From: Microcoleaceae cyanobacterium | Lineage (GTDB): Bacteria > Cyanobacteriota > Cyanobacteriia > Cyanobacteriales > Microcoleaceae | NCBI GenBank assembly: GCA_051652765.1 | Contig: JBOFUV010000052.1 | Coordinates: 62,270-126,269, forward strand | Direction: 5' to 3' | Length of the DNA stretch: 64,000 nucleotides | Shown: positions 54,597 to 63,780 of the stretch, one piece after another | Layout: the number at the start of each line of letters is the position of its first letter | How positions within the stretch are numbered: the stretch's first letter is position 1 | Notes under the pieces: generated by a model | What the model saw: the letters and a program-made list of their open reading frames with translations, nothing else | Database searches by the model: none | Told to the model about the DNA's origin: nothing | Made by a program: the position numbers and the translations under genes

Positions 54597-55820
54597 TTAC
54601 AGAAATTGCTGAGATGGCACGTAAGTTTGTCGAATGGGACTATAACGATAAATTAGGGAGTAGGATAGAGCTTGCTGCCGTTGATCAAATATTCTAATAT
54701 CAAGAATGACCTCATCTTCTTGGTCATTATCCAAGTCTTTAACTTTCAATTCTAAGATTTGAGCAGAGTTTTGGTCGGCTTGATCGGGAACTAATAAAAT
54801 TACCTCATCAAATCGAACTTTTGTTCTACGAGTAATTTTTAATCTCACCTCTCTAACATCATCAGCTTGATCTTGAAAGAGATAGAATAACTCAGCTTCA
54901 ACCTTGTCGGTAACTACCATTTCTGCGGCTAAAACATCGGGCTCTATTAAGGTTTCAGCTAAAGCTTCAGCAGTTGTTCTTGACTTCACTCCAGATGAAG
55001 GAAAAACTTTATTGTCTTGTTTTAAGAGGGCAGGAGAGGTAGGTTGGATTGGAGTTAGTTTAGAATTAGGAGGAATTGAATTGGATTGTTGTGAAGTAGG
55101 AGAAGGGCTACTAGAAGGTAACCGAGCAATATATTGAGCTGGAATTAATTGAATTTTCTGAATGCTGGGAATAGCCTGACAGAGAAATGCAGCAACCTCT
55201 GCACGGGTTGCAGTTTTGTTGGGATTGAGGCGACGAACATTCGGATAACTGACAATAAACCAGTTTTCAGTTGCAGCTAGAATGACTGTTTTATACTCTT
55301 GTGGAATTTCACTCACGTCTTCAAAAATGGATGAAAGTTGTGCATCATCAACTAGGGCTTGAGATTTAACCCCTAGACCTTGAGTTAACGCAACTATAAC
55401 TTGTAAGCGTGAGACTTCAAGCATAGGATTGAAAACACCTGCAATATAACTGGATAGAAACCCTTTTTGATAGGCAGATTGAATGGCATCACCAGCCCAA
55501 TAGTCACTCGGAATATCAGCAAACTTGAGTGCATCTCGAATTGATTCAAGCTTGGGAAAAGCACTGTTCAGTAGAATTGCTAGTTCAACACGGTTAATCG
55601 GATCGTCAGGACGAAACCGACTAATCTCAAAGTCTCCGTCAATAATGTTTTGCTGTTCTAATTCCTCCAAACAAGTCTGAGCCCAATGTCCTTGAATATC
55701 GATGAAGTGTGACTTGCTTTCAGCGGATTCCTGACTGTAACCAGGTGACACTGAGCTTATCAGTATCACACTGAATATTAGTCTTAAGAGCGACTGAGTA
55801 AACTGAAGTTGTAATCCCAT
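54597..55820 (-). CDS. S-layer homology (SLH) domain protein
   Basis: Signal peptide; FIDIQGHWA, FRPDDPINRVE, FADIPSDYWA, LNPNKTATRAEVA. Confidence 0.9.
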   Translation of the reverse strand: MGLQLQFTQSLLRLIFSVILISSVSPGYSQESAESKSHFIDIQGHWAQTCLEELEQQNIIDGDFEISRFRPDDPINRVELAILLNSAFPKLESIRDALKFADIPSDYWAGDAIQSAYQKGFLSSYIAGVFNPMLEVSRLQVIVALTQGLGVKSQALVDDAQLSSIFEDVSEIPQEYKTVILAATENWFIVSYPNVRRLNPNKTATRAEVAAFLCQAIPSIQKIQLIPAQYIARLPSSSPSPTSQQSNSIPPNSKLTPIQPTSPALLKQDNKVFPSSGVKSRTTAEALAETLIEPDVLAAEMVVTDKVEAELFYLFQDQADDVREVRLKITRRTKVRFDEVILLVPDQADQNSAQILELKVKDLDNDQEDEVILDIRIFDQRQQALSYSLIYRYSPIRQTYVPSQQFL

Positions 55821-56123
55821 CTTTAAGCTCTAATTTCTAAGCTCTAGTTTTGAATGCTCATGGGTTTGCTCTGATCCGACACAACAAGGGATTAAATTGC
55901 TGGATTCACATCTAGCTTGCAATACTAGTCTTTCAGGATTTTAGGAAACAGCAACAAGTGTCTCATTCTTCATGCCTTGATTTCCTTTATCCGGAATAGA
56001 CTTAGAGTAGGCTTCGATTATAGCAATCTCAAGTCATTTTTGAGTAAAATAGCCGAGTTTACAGGCCATGGACGTTTGTTTGTGCTACTCACAATTGCAG
56101 ACAATATCTCTGAACTTGCAGTT

Positions 56124-56804
56124 TTACAGTTTTCCATTTACAGTTTCCCACAGTCGATCAACTGTTACAAATCTGTATCCCTTATCCAACAGTTGAGCAA
56201 TGATTTTATCCGTAGACTTAGCTACATCTAAGCCCCCATAATACCCATCATGCAACACAATCATTGAACCGTTCTGAGTCTGTTGAATCACACGATTCAC
56301 AACGGTATTCACCCCTGGAAGTACCCAGTCCTCTGGAACAACACTCCACATGACGGCACGATATTGCCACTGATCTAGCAATTTTAACGTTTGAGGAGTA
56401 AATAATCCGTTAGGAGGGCGAACATCTCGAAGTCTAGTCGGACTCAAACCACAAGTTTGTGCAATCATAGTTTGAGTGCGTGCTAAATCATGCTTGAGCT
56501 GAGCAATATTTAAGCAGGGGAAAGACTGATGATCATATCCATGTAAACCAATCCAATGCCCCTGTTGATAAACGGTTTGAGCAATTATTGGATATCGCTC
56601 AATACAGACTCCAAGCCAAAAGAAACTCCCTCGAATTTGATGTTTTTCTAGAACTTCTAAAAGCTCGAGAGTATATTGGGGATGGGGGCCATCATCAAAG
56701 GTTAGAGCAATTTCAGATTGCTTAGGATCTCCCGTCCACAAACAGGCTGGAAAAGCCGTTTTTAAAATAGGATATAGCAAAGGAAATATTGGAGCTAAAG
56801 GCAT
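56124..56804 (-). CDS. Polysaccharide deacetylase (NodB/CE4)
   Basis: ALTFDDGP, HGYDH, RPPNG, EDW, IVLHD. Confidence 0.92.
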   Translation of the reverse strand: MPLAPIFPLLYPILKTAFPACLWTGDPKQSEIALTFDDGPHPQYTLELLEVLEKHQIRGSFFWLGVCIERYPIIAQTVYQQGHWIGLHGYDHQSFPCLNIAQLKHDLARTQTMIAQTCGLSPTRLRDVRPPNGLFTPQTLKLLDQWQYRAVMWSVVPEDWVLPGVNTVVNRVIQQTQNGSMIVLHDGYYGGLDVAKSTDKIIAQLLDKGYRFVTVDRLWETVNGKL

Positions 56805-56893
56805 CAGCCAACCTTGAAAAATTAAACGTAACGCTTAACAGAATTATCCAGTTCTTTTTATAATTTAAAACTGTGAATTAATGAATTAAATAT

Positions 56894-56922
56894 TCGACAC
56901 TCTGTTGCTTTAAGGATATAAT
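56894..56922 (+). promoter_or_regulatory. Sigma70-type promoter of tRNA-Arg
   Basis: TCGACA-N17-TATAAT ending 10 bp upstream of the tRNA. Confidence 0.65.
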
Positions 56923-56932
56923 CAATTCCGTT

Positions 56933-57006
56933 GGGTGTATAACTCAGATGGATAGAGTAGCTGCCTTCTAAGCAGCCTGTCGCAGGTTCGAGTCCTGCTA
57001 CACCCG
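56933..57006 (+). tRNA. tRNA-Arg(UCU)
   Basis: Acceptor GGGTGTA/TACACCC+G, anticodon arm GCTGC-CTTCTAA-GCAGC, T-arm GCAGG-TTCGAGT-CCTGC; no encoded CCA. Confidence 0.96.
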
Positions 57007-57075
57007 TTCTTGAAGCAACTTCTAGGCTAGAGTTCGGCTTCAGAAGCGAAGCGTTTTACGAACCCTGTAGGTTGA

Positions 57076-59079
57076 TCACTCCAAGGAATCAATCCCCTTC
57101 ACAATATCTATTTCCCATACTTCTGCGGAATGAAGAGCCTGAACAGAGGAGACCTTGACTCTTCTTTCGACGGTTTCTCGCGATGGATCAGGGGACTGAT
57201 TGGAGCGATATCTCTGCCACCACACCGCAAACCCTATCCCCAAGAGCAATAAGAAGAGTCCCAAAAGGATGAATGTCCAAGGTTGCTTTCTGGTCTGAAC
57301 CTTAGGAACAGGAACTCCCACCGTATCTCCTGAAGACTCATCGTCGTACATCAAGGCTCTAGAAGCTTCTGTCAGTTCAGCGTCGGGCTGCTGAACTTGA
57401 GGTTTTTCTCGGACTTCAGCCAAGACCAACTTCTGCGGAGAAACCCCACAGTAGGTCAATACGACGGAAACGTTGTCGCGGCCATTTTTAATATTGGCCA
57501 AGTCAATCCACTCTTTCACGGCAGCTTGCAGAGATTTTTCTCCCTGAAGAATTTTTGGCGCAAACTCTACCCAAGATTTCTCAACCCAATCCTGATCACT
57601 GAGGCCGTCGGAGCAGAGAAGCAACAATCCGTCTTCCTCAATGATTAACCGCTGAACTGTAGGGTGCAAAAAATCTGCCTCGCGGGTTCCCAACGCCTGG
57701 GTTAAAGCGCCAGCATCCTGACGTTGGCGAGCTGACCAATAGAGACTCTGGCCCATGCGAACTTGACGCACGGCCACACTATCATCCACGGTTAGCAACT
57801 GGCAGGATTCGCGAGTCATCCAATAGGCTCGGCTATCCCCTACATTCATAATGTAAAGTTCGTGGGCATTCCGTCGCTCAGCATCGGCAGAGGCTTTCAC
57901 GGTTTGGGGAAGTTGAAGGGCCATGACCAAGGTAGTCCCCATACGACTCTTAGCAGATCGCCCTTGTTCATCATTTTGGGCTGAAATCACGTTGTTGACC
58001 ACACGGGCAATTTCTTGCAGTTGGTTAACGACTAGCTCTGGGGGATAGAGTTCATCCTGAATCGAAATCTCTTCGATAAAGCTATAGATCAACGGCTTGA
58101 TCGACTGTACGGCTAACTGTGCAGCAATTTCTCCCCCCTCATGACCCCCAACTCCATCACAAACCATGCTGAGATAGGGAATCAGGCGATCATCGGGATG
58201 GTTTTTTTTCGGCTCCAGATCTTCAGAGGTCGGATAGCAACTGTCTTCGTTGTGCGATCGCCCCGGCCCTCCATCCGTTGCCCCAGCAACTGACAAGTGA
58301 AGCGGCAGTTGAGCAGCCTGTTCTAGCAGGAGTTGGTTCAGGGGCTTGACCACTTCCAACGGGTCAGGGTTCCCTCGCATTAGGTGTTGAATCTCTTGTA
58401 GCCGCTTTTGAACTTGAGCTTGAGAGGTTTCGATAAAAGCTGACCAAGCTTCTGCCAAATCTCGTAGGGTGGGTTGTACCCGTCCTTGATGGAGTTCCCG
58501 CAACCGAATGCGCCACCCTTCAACCCTGAGGTTATCTTTGACAAACAAGCTATAGGTTGCTCCCTGTTCAGCTAGAGGAACCCAGAGTTGTAGCATTTGC
58601 CACAGCCAATAGACTTGACGGACTGCTTTTGCCTGAGGCCATGACTCCACTAAAGAAGGCAGGAGTGAGCCTTTGCGATCAACGGGAACATTATCTAGGA
58701 GCAAGATATCTGCCCCATCTAGAACCGTACCAAAATGATAAATTCCATAGACTTCAGGTAAGTGAAGGCGATGGCAATAGAGAGACAAATAGGGCAAGCT
58801 TTCGGATAAAGCATCCGGCATCAGGGGCAGAATACCGGGTTTGGTGTCCAGCCAAACTTGAGGATTAGTCACATAGTAGCGGTTGCCCACAAGCTGTCCA
58901 GCCTGGATTTGGGTTGCCTCTGAACCAAGTGCCCAAAGGTAGCGGTAAGTGATGGGGGTGTGACAAGTCACACAAACTTGATCCCCCAAATCATTGCGCG
59001 GTTGAGCACAGGTAGGGTTCGTGCAGTAAATCGAGGGTGAGGACGCACTGCTAATTTGAACTAGCTTTTCTAAAGACAC
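57076..59079 (-). CDS. PP2C-type Ser/Thr phosphatase with an N-terminal 4-Cys zinc ribbon and a C-terminal TM
   Basis: CTNPTC...CVTC; RSHNEDS, VCDGVGGH, MGTT, NVGDSRAY, LCSDGL, GRDN; TM WTFILLGLFLLLLGIGFAVWW. Confidence 0.9.
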   Translation of the reverse strand: MSLEKLVQISSASSPSIYCTNPTCAQPRNDLGDQVCVTCHTPITYRYLWALGSEATQIQAGQLVGNRYYVTNPQVWLDTKPGILPLMPDALSESLPYLSLYCHRLHLPEVYGIYHFGTVLDGADILLLDNVPVDRKGSLLPSLVESWPQAKAVRQVYWLWQMLQLWVPLAEQGATYSLFVKDNLRVEGWRIRLRELHQGRVQPTLRDLAEAWSAFIETSQAQVQKRLQEIQHLMRGNPDPLEVVKPLNQLLLEQAAQLPLHLSVAGATDGGPGRSHNEDSCYPTSEDLEPKKNHPDDRLIPYLSMVCDGVGGHEGGEIAAQLAVQSIKPLIYSFIEEISIQDELYPPELVVNQLQEIARVVNNVISAQNDEQGRSAKSRMGTTLVMALQLPQTVKASADAERRNAHELYIMNVGDSRAYWMTRESCQLLTVDDSVAVRQVRMGQSLYWSARQRQDAGALTQALGTREADFLHPTVQRLIIEEDGLLLLCSDGLSDQDWVEKSWVEFAPKILQGEKSLQAAVKEWIDLANIKNGRDNVSVVLTYCGVSPQKLVLAEVREKPQVQQPDAELTEASRALMYDDESSGDTVGVPVPKVQTRKQPWTFILLGLFLLLLGIGFAVWWQRYRSNQSPDPSRETVERRVKVSSVQALHSAEVWEIDIVKGIDSLE

Positions 59080-59304
59080 TGCTTAAAACACTCTGAAAAT
59101 CGGTTGCTGAAAAACTCGACCTGCAAAATTTCAAAGATAAAATTTCAAAGATAGAATGATTGTAGCGCCTGATGTTCTTTCTAATTCGTACTGAGTGACA
59201 CACTGCTATCGGACTGATGCGACTGAATCAAATGGATCAAATCTTTGAGCAAGCAGGCTTTCCCTCTACGCCTCCTGTTTCTGTCTCCTCCTCACCCCTA
59301 ACCT

Positions 59305-59778
59305 ATGCTGTTCAACCTAACAATTTTCTGGTTAATCGCTGGTGTCCTACTTTGTCTGCTCGAACTGTTTGTGCCAACGGCTTTTGTTGAGTTCATGATG
59401 GGGTTGAGTGCATTTGTGGTAGCCGGGATTTCCCTGATCCTACCCTCTCCCCATGTGCAAGTTGCCCTGTGGCTAGTGCTATCCGTGGGGTCAGTTGTAG
59501 CAATGCGACGATTTATGCCCCATCGTTCAGTCAGAATGATTGAGGATGCCAAAGAGGCAGAAACGTTAACAGAGATTATCCCAGGTCAAGCGGGTCGAGT
59601 ACTGTGTGAAGGAATTTCCTGGCGAGCACGGTTGGACGAAGGAATGGGTCAGGCGATCGCGCCTCATCAACCTGTGATTATCGTCGGGCGGGAGGGGAAT
59701 ACCTTGATCATTGTGCCCGAAAAATTGCTAGGTTCCCGGGCTGAATTGGAGCGTTGGAACCCGGAGCATCAGGAGTAG
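59305..59778 (+). CDS. NfeD-family membrane protein
   Basis: WLIAGVLLCLLELFVP; OB-fold GRVLCEGISWRA...GREGNTLII; adjacent to an SPFH gene. Confidence 0.9.
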   Translation: MLFNLTIFWLIAGVLLCLLELFVPTAFVEFMMGLSAFVVAGISLILPSPHVQVALWLVLSVGSVVAMRRFMPHRSVRMIEDAKEAETLTEIIPGQAGRVLCEGISWRARLDEGMGQAIAPHQPVIIVGREGNTLIIVPEKLLGSRAELERWNPEHQE

Positions 59779-59909
59779 TTAGCCCAAGCTGCGATTAAGA
59801 ACCGCGTTTTGCTTTAACTGTTTACTTTAACTGTTTGCTTTAACTGTATTGATTGGTTTTGTTCAAAACCTTGTTCACACTATCTCCAGCACCTAGAGAG
59901 GTCATTCAA

Positions 59910-60851
59910 ATGGGACAGTTTTTTCTACTACTTTTTCTTGCCCTTGGCGGTTCAGCTTTAGCCGGGGGTGTCAAGATTGTGAATCAGGGAGATGAAGCAT
60001 TGGTTGAGACCCTGGGAAAGTACAATGGCCGCAAACTCAAGCCCGGTCTCAACTTCGTGATTCCGTTTATTGATCGCCTTGCGTACAAGCAAACGATTCG
60101 AGAACAGGTTCTCGATATTCCCCCACAGCAATGTATCACCCGCGACAACGTTTCGATCAGCGTTGATGCCATCGTGTATTGGCGGATCATGGATTTAGAA
60201 AAAGCCTGTTACAAGGTTGCAAATCTCGTTCCAGCGATGGAGAACTTAGTTCGCACCCAAATTCGGTCTGAGATGGGGCAACTCGAATTGGATCAAACCT
60301 TCACTGCTCGCACTGAAGTCAACGAACTGCTGCTGCGGGAACTGGATATTGCCACTGATCCCTGGGGTGTAAAAGTCACGCGGGTCGAACTACGAGACAT
60401 TTGCCCCGCCAAAGCAGTCATGGATGCGATGGAGTTGCAGATGTCAGCAGAACGGAAGAAACGGGCTGCAATTCTAAACTCTGAAGGAGAACGGGAGTCA
60501 GCGATTAACTCTGCTCGGGGTAGAGCGGAGGCTCAAGTTCTAGAGGCTGAAGCCAATCAAAAAGCGTTGATCCTAAAAGCGCAAGCCGAACGCCAAACTC
60601 AAGTGCTAAAAGCCCATGCCACAGCAGAAGCGTTGCAGATTGTGGCAAAGATTCTTGGCAGTGATGCTAGAGCCCAGGAAGCCTTGCAGTTTTTGATGGC
60701 TCAGCACTATATTGACATGGGCACAACCATTGGCAAGAGTGACAGTAGTAAGATTCTGTTCATGGACCCCCGGAGTATTCCAGCAACACTAGAAGGAATG
60801 AAGGCCATTGTCGGTGACTCAACTCTAAATACCCTAAACAAAGAGAGCTAA
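59910..60851 (+). CDS. SPFH/band-7 (stomatin-like) protein
   Basis: [49 protein letters not shown] at 59910. Confidence 0.93.
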   Translation: MGQFFLLLFLALGGSALAGGVKIVNQGDEALVETLGKYNGRKLKPGLNFVIPFIDRLAYKQTIREQVLDIPPQQCITRDNVSISVDAIVYWRIMDLEKACYKVANLVPAMENLVRTQIRSEMGQLELDQTFTARTEVNELLLRELDIATDPWGVKVTRVELRDICPAKAVMDAMELQMSAERKKRAAILNSEGERESAINSARGRAEAQVLEAEANQKALILKAQAERQTQVLKAHATAEALQIVAKILGSDARAQEALQFLMAQHYIDMGTTIGKSDSSKILFMDPRSIPATLEGMKAIVGDSTLNTLNKES

Positions 60852-60926
60852 ATCAGCGAAGTCAGGTCAGGGTAAACTGAGGAGTGGATTCTTCAGCATC
60901 TCTTAACTAGAATTCCTAACTAACCT

Positions 60927-62540
60927 GTGTCCGACGAAACGAAACCTTCTCGTTCCTTAGCCCGAATCGCCGGGATTGTGGCGATCGCGACGCTACTCAG
61001 CAAAATATTTGGGCTTGTGCGTCAACAAGCCATCGCAGCAGCTTTTGGAGTTGGCCCAGCGATTGATGCCTATAGCTACGCTTATGTCATCCCAGGATTT
61101 CTCCTGGTCTTGCTGGGGGGCATTAATGGGCCATTCCATAGCGCGATTGTCAGTACTTTAGCAAAGCGTGACGCGAAAGATGCAGCCCCTTTGGTTGAGA
61201 CGATCACAACCTTAGTGGGTGGCATTTTGCTCTTGGCCAGTATTCTCATTGTTATTTTTGCCGATCCATTGACCAGTTTGGTTGCCCCAGGACTGAATCA
61301 AACTCCAGAGGGACTTGAGATTCGGGCGATCGCGGTTCAACAGTTGAAAATCATGGCTCCAATGGCTTTACTGGCGGGGCTCATTGGGATTGGATTTGGG
61401 ACACTGAATGCTGGAGATATGTATTGGCTGCCCTCTATTAGTCCTTTGTTTTCTAGCGTTGTTTTGGTAGGGAGTTTGGGCGTTTTGGCTTTGTCCTTGG
61501 GAGAGCAGATTACGGCCTCTGACTATGCGATGTTGGGCGGGTTAGTCCTAGCATGGGGAACTGTAGGGGGTGCCGTTTTACAATGGCTCGTTCAGATTCC
61601 AGCCATGTGGAGAGCCGGATTGGGGACATTGCGCTTGCGGTTTAATTTCAAGCAACCTGGCGTTCAGGAGGTGTTAAAAGTCATGATTCCAGCAACGTTT
61701 TCCTCTGGAATGTTGCAAATTAATGTTTATACGGATCTATTTTTCGCCTCTTACATTCCTCAGGCCGCAGCCGCCATGGGCTATTCAGGATTGTTAATTC
61801 AAACGCCCTTGGGGATTATTTCCAACGTTATTCTAGTCCCGTTTCTACCTGTTTTTTCTCGCTTAAGTGCCCCAGAAAACTGGCCCGAACTGAAGGGGCG
61901 GGTTCGTCAAGCCTTGATGTTGACGGCAATTACCATGTTGCCTTTAGGCAGTTTGATGATTGCTCTATCTTTGCCGATTGTGCGAGTCGTTTACGAACGC
62001 TATGCTTTTGATCGCGCTGCGTCCCAGTTCGTTGCCTCCCTGTTGGTTGCCTATGGCACAGGCATGTTTGTTTACTTGGGACGAGATGTGTTGGTGCGAG
62101 TGTTTTATGCTTTGGGAGACGCAGAAACCCCCTTTCGAGTCAGTATTTTCAATATTTTCCTCAATGCCGTGCTCGATTTTCTGCTGGTTAAACGCTTTGG
62201 GGCCCCTGGCTTGGTTCTGGCAACGGTTGGAGTCAATGTATTTTCAATGGTGATTTTATTGAGACTACTCCATATTCGATTGGACGGTTTGCCCTGGCAA
62301 GACTGGTGTCTTCCCTTCCTGGGGTTGAGCTTGGGCAGTATTGTGGCTGGAGTGGCTGCCTATGGAACAGCTTGGGGATTGCGAATGGTTTGGGGAACTG
62401 AAGGATTTTGGATTCTGGTGATCGAACTTGGAATGGCCAGCCTGGTCGGTTTGGGAATCTTTGCCGCCTTCACTGCCAAAATGGGCTTGCCCGAAGTTGA
62501 GTTGCTAACGGCGAAGGTGAAACAACGATTTGGACGATAA
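60927..62540 (+). CDS. murJ: Lipid II flippase MurJ
   Basis: ATLLSKIFGLVRQ...AAFG, GGINGPFHSA, multi-TM, RVFYALGD. Confidence 0.94.
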   Translation: MSDETKPSRSLARIAGIVAIATLLSKIFGLVRQQAIAAAFGVGPAIDAYSYAYVIPGFLLVLLGGINGPFHSAIVSTLAKRDAKDAAPLVETITTLVGGILLLASILIVIFADPLTSLVAPGLNQTPEGLEIRAIAVQQLKIMAPMALLAGLIGIGFGTLNAGDMYWLPSISPLFSSVVLVGSLGVLALSLGEQITASDYAMLGGLVLAWGTVGGAVLQWLVQIPAMWRAGLGTLRLRFNFKQPGVQEVLKVMIPATFSSGMLQINVYTDLFFASYIPQAAAAMGYSGLLIQTPLGIISNVILVPFLPVFSRLSAPENWPELKGRVRQALMLTAITMLPLGSLMIALSLPIVRVVYERYAFDRAASQFVASLLVAYGTGMFVYLGRDVLVRVFYALGDAETPFRVSIFNIFLNAVLDFLLVKRFGAPGLVLATVGVNVFSMVILLRLLHIRLDGLPWQDWCLPFLGLSLGSIVAGVAAYGTAWGLRMVWGTEGFWILVIELGMASLVGLGIFAAFTAKMGLPEVELLTAKVKQRFGR

Positions 62541-62638
62541 CCCTTCAGCTTTAGTTTGGAGTCATTGGCGGCTTTTCTCTACAGAATTACCAACTCAAGA
62601 CATTAAGCTGTGTACTTAGTTTCGTACGACTACTGACA

Positions 62639-62753
62639 ATCAAGACGGGTTTGGTATAAGATCAATGCGGGTTTAGTTTGAGATCAACGGGCAAATGCTC
62701 TGAGATCAACTTGATCTGAGTGTGAGATCAACGCGGGTTTGATGAGCAATCAA
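62639..62753. repeat. 22-bp-periodic direct-repeat array (ATCAA core x6)
   Basis: ATCAA at 62639, 62661, 62683, 62705, 62727, 62749; three units also share CGGGTTT. Confidence 0.8.
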
Positions 62754-62819
62754 TCTGAACTTAAACGTAACCCGCCACAGATTTATTCAATAATCAAGCT
62801 AGAAATAGCTTCTTCTATC

Positions 62820-62882
62820 ATAGTGCTTGAGCCGAATCAGATCACGCACCTAATCCAGTAGCTTTTTCGGGCGTTGTTCCAT
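62820..62882 (-). pseudogene. intI: Integron integrase (IntI) N-terminal remnant with an in-frame stop, truncated after about 21 codons
   Basis: Revcomp reads ATG GAA CAA CGC CCG AAA AAG CTA CTG GAT TAG GTG CGT GAT CTG ATT CGG CTC AAG CAC TAT = MEQRPKKLLD*VRDLIRLKHY, matching the IntI N-terminal pattern KLLDQVR..IR..HYS. Confidence 0.8.
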
Positions 62883-62888
62883 CTGGGG

Positions 62889-63110
62889 TTATACAGAAAA
62901 TTTCAAGGTAATGCTCCGAATAAATCGATGCTAGGCCAAACATTGCTGTGTTTCATCGGAGAATATACGGAAAGTTTCGGGATAATCCTCAAATTTAGGA
63001 TGTATACCCAGAAAGTTTCAGTACAATTGCAGTATCAGTGTGGATTATATGGAAAGTTTCAGGGTAATCATCCCAAAAGTGTTGGTTATGCAGAAAATTT
63101 CAACATAATA
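62889..63110. repeat. Five quasi-palindromic repeats, consensus TTAT-x3-GAAA(A/G)TTTC-x4-TAAT; last four exactly 41 bp apart
   Basis: GAAA[AG]TTTC cores at 62896, 62970, 63011, 63052, 63093. Confidence 0.85.
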
Positions 63111-63207
63111 ACTAGTTATTCTGCTTAATTCACAGGTTGTGGCGGTATTTTAAAACGTGTCAGTTGGCATCAAAATTAGAGTAATGTGAAGTCATTCAGT
63201 CGGTGTG

Positions 63208-63226
63208 CTGAAGTAATCTGTTAGCA
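63208..63226 (+). other. Candidate attI recombination site (core G/TTAGCA)
   Basis: GTTAGCA at 63220-63226, between the intI 5' end and the first cassette ORF, starting 46 bp before the ATG. Confidence 0.5.
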
Positions 63227-63265
63227 TTCATCATTAACTCCCGGCGATCAGACAATGTTTTATCT

Positions 63266-63754
63266 ATGTTGACTCTTCATCAAGCTACAAGCAGTCAGTT
63301 ATCTGCACTCCTTGAGCAACCCGAACACTCTGACATAGATGGGTTGCTACTTCCTAAGAGTGAAGAGGTTGCTCCTAGGTTCTGGATAGAGTTTGTTAAT
63401 GACCAATTAAATCAAGACCCCAAAAACAGTTTTTGGTGGTCTCCTCGGTCGATCGTAGTCGATCGGTTAATGGTTGGGATGATCGGATTTAAAAGTCCTC
63501 CAGACAGTAATGGCTCGGTTGAAATTGGATATGGAATAGTACCTTCTCAACAAGGACAAGGATTTGCAACTCAAGCCGTGGATTTGTTGGTTAAAGAGGG
63601 ATTTTTAAAGGCTGAAATTCAAATGATTGTGGCTTATACGGTGCCAATGAATTCAGCATCTGGGAGAGTCTTGGAGAAGAATCAATTTATGAGAGACGGG
63701 AGTAGAGTTGATCCAGAGGATGGTGAAGTTTGGGTTTGGCGAAGAGTGCGGTAA
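63266..63754 (+). CDS. GNAT (RimJ/RimL-like) acetyltransferase, putative integron cassette gene
   Basis: VGMIGF, VEIGYGI, QQGQGFAT acetyl-CoA motif, NSASGRVLEKNQF. Confidence 0.9.
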   Translation: MLTLHQATSSQLSALLEQPEHSDIDGLLLPKSEEVAPRFWIEFVNDQLNQDPKNSFWWSPRSIVVDRLMVGMIGFKSPPDSNGSVEIGYGIVPSQQGQGFATQAVDLLVKEGFLKAEIQMIVAYTVPMNSASGRVLEKNQFMRDGSRVDPEDGEVWVWRRVR

Positions 63755-63780
63755 AGAAACCATGCGAATCAGCGATCGCA

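Noticed and set aside
56933..57060. tRNA-Arg as an island integration site
   Set aside because: No adjacent integrase and no duplicated tRNA 3' end seen; flanking genes are ordinary
62639..63110. 22-bp and 41-bp arrays as CRISPR
   Set aside because: Periods are too short for repeat plus spacer, repeats are degenerate, and there are no cas genes in the window
62874..63128. 84-aa ORF with TTG start
   Set aside because: Runs through 41-bp (non-triplet) repeats and overlaps the intI start; probably spurious
63106..63226. Alternative reading as an upstream attC (TAATAAC...GTTAGCA)
   Set aside because: Inner-arm complementarity is weak and no cassette ORF precedes it; its position next to the intI 5' end fits attI better, though this is not fully excluded
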